Shown: in pieces, positions 62,242-64,000 of the stretch
How positions within the stretch are numbered: the stretch's first letter is position 1
How the letters are laid out: each line of letters begins with the position of its first letter
Source of the DNA: Curvularia clavata
Taxonomy: Eukaryota
Assembly: GCA_023920165.1 (NCBI GenBank)
Contig: CP089279.1
Coordinates: 186,001 to 250,000 of the forward strand
Direction: 5' to 3'
Length of the DNA stretch: 64,000 nucleotides
Position numbers and translations under genes: made by a program
Notes under the pieces: model-generated
The model's input: only the letters and a program-made list of their open reading frames with translations
Database searches by the model: none
Told to the model about the DNA's origin: nothing

Positions 62242-64000
62242 CAGCGTTTCCTTCGTCACAAAAGCAACACACGGCGGTAATCTTGTTTTGAAAGCGTTCC
62301 GTCTACGACTTTAGTTATGCACTCACGATGATCTTTACGAGCATGCTATCATAGAAGTATGCTCTGCCAGTTTCGCGCACGCATCGTTCATCCTGCTCAT
62401 ACTGTTATTTTTGCTTTGGGGTTGTTTGTTACCCAAGCACACCATCATTATCTTCTCCTTCAGGCTCATTTCCTTGTCAAGACCTGTTAGTTCATTTCTC
62501 GCTTGACTGCATGTTGACACTCTACGAAGGTTAGGATATGACATGGCACCTTTACTTAATGTCTTACAGTTGCCGTCTTAACGAGTCAAGAGTTTTGTAT
62601 CTTTCCTTCTTTCGGCATTGGAACGCTCTCCCCGGCCGGTTTCTTTATCGCGACGTGTACGATAGATGGTTTCTCAATCAGTTTTGCATCACGGCCTTTG
62701 TATCCAAAAAGAAAAACATCTACGAGCAATAGCATCAATCTTAAACCCGACCGTGGCCAATCAGCATGCAATTCTTCCGTCATTTGGACAGAACAGGTCT
62801 TGTACCACGTAGTACTACGCTTCTATACATCGATCTGGGTGTATCCTGTCCATATAAGTGTCATAGATGAGGCTCTCACAACGTAGACTCACTGCAGGCT
62901 GACGGAGAAGGTAGCATAAGAAGTGGTTGGGAAGACAACTCGGGCGGGGCATCACGGACGCCCGCGGGCGATACAAGGGACGGGTTTCGTTTCACCAGAA
63001 ATATCCCGCGAACTCTGGTACCACTATCGCCCACTTTTCCATTCGACATGCATGACCAAAAATACAGGAGTTTTTTTTTTATCGCGACTCCGCGCAAGAA
63101 AATTCGGCGAACTGCATCTAAGCGCCCTCTAGAATACAACCCCAACCCGGCAATCAATGACATCTAAGAGTCCCAACCGCGATCAGCCATTTCACTAGAA
63201 AAAGGAGGTGGTTGGGAAGACTGGAACAAAAGGGCAATAGGTATTGGTTGGGCGGCTGGCGAGCGAATGACTAGGTGCAGGTTTATGGCCACAAATTGAG
63301 GCTTGCCGACGACAGCTGCAGCGAAAAGGGAGTGTACATGCCGCCAATGCATGCACGCATCGACCACATCCCAACGCCGAAAACCAAAACAGACGCTTGT
63401 TGTCCAACCAACTTAGCCTGTACAAAATGATTACAGTTGAAACCTGCGGATCCGGCCCATTGCCATTATCGTGGGAGTAAATCGTCCTCGCAAACGCTAC
63501 CTCCCTGGCACGATGATAGAACACGGCAAACACTTGCTTATCATGATTCATTTACTTCCTGGGACCCACTGAACCGTTCCTCATCTGGTCTCCAAAAAGT
63601 GAACAGTCCGCCCGGATCGGCAATTGAATGGCCCCAAGTTTAGAAAGAAAAGAAACACCAGTTTGCTAACCAAACAAATGAGGTCTCGGCGCGCAAAAAC
63701 ATGCGTGCGATCGGGCCGTGAGAAACGGCCGGTCGAAATATTAAAAGGAAAACTACTAGTTCGGGCGAAATGAGCGCAAGATTTTTATTTTTTTGTTTCT
63801 TTATTTTTCGAATTTCCTGACGTATACAACGGAGTTTCTGTTAGGCTCAGTCCTAACACACCGGGCTTGCAGAAATCAACAAGAACACTTCATGCTTGCC
63901 CTTCTGAATAGCCCAGTCTTTCTGAAAAGCTAACAATCTTATTTCAATTACGCATGTTGGGTATTCCGTTTCCGCGTCACGACCGGACTTTCATCCAGAA

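Overview
Filamentous ascomycete genomic DNA: short GT-AG introns with CTRAC/CTAAY-type branch sites and Pezizomycotina-type gene families. The window has two parts. (1) About 0.5-32 kb is an accessory-like segment. It holds a three-gene candidate cell-death/immunity module: a caspase-like protease fused to a pseudokinase, an active-looking kinase-SEL1-ankyrin protein, and a divergently transcribed DUF6594-type membrane protein. It also holds two PTH11-like receptors, a putative catabolic cluster (NAD(P)-dependent reductase, ALDH, Zn2Cys6 TF, PTR2 transporter, peroxisomal D-amino acid oxidase, alpha/beta hydrolase), a DJ-1/PfpI protein and an FAD monooxygenase. A diverged ~250-bp promoter duplication flanks the ALDH gene. 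(2) About 34-62 kb is core genome: delta-8 sphingolipid desaturase, CRT10, yhm2-cit1-nrd1, CLPTM1, LOG, a MAPEG-like gene, GABA transaminase, SET2 and an AT-hook protein. No tRNA, rRNA, CRISPR array or intact transposon was recognised. Family calls come from motif recognition by eye, and exon boundaries were inferred manually.
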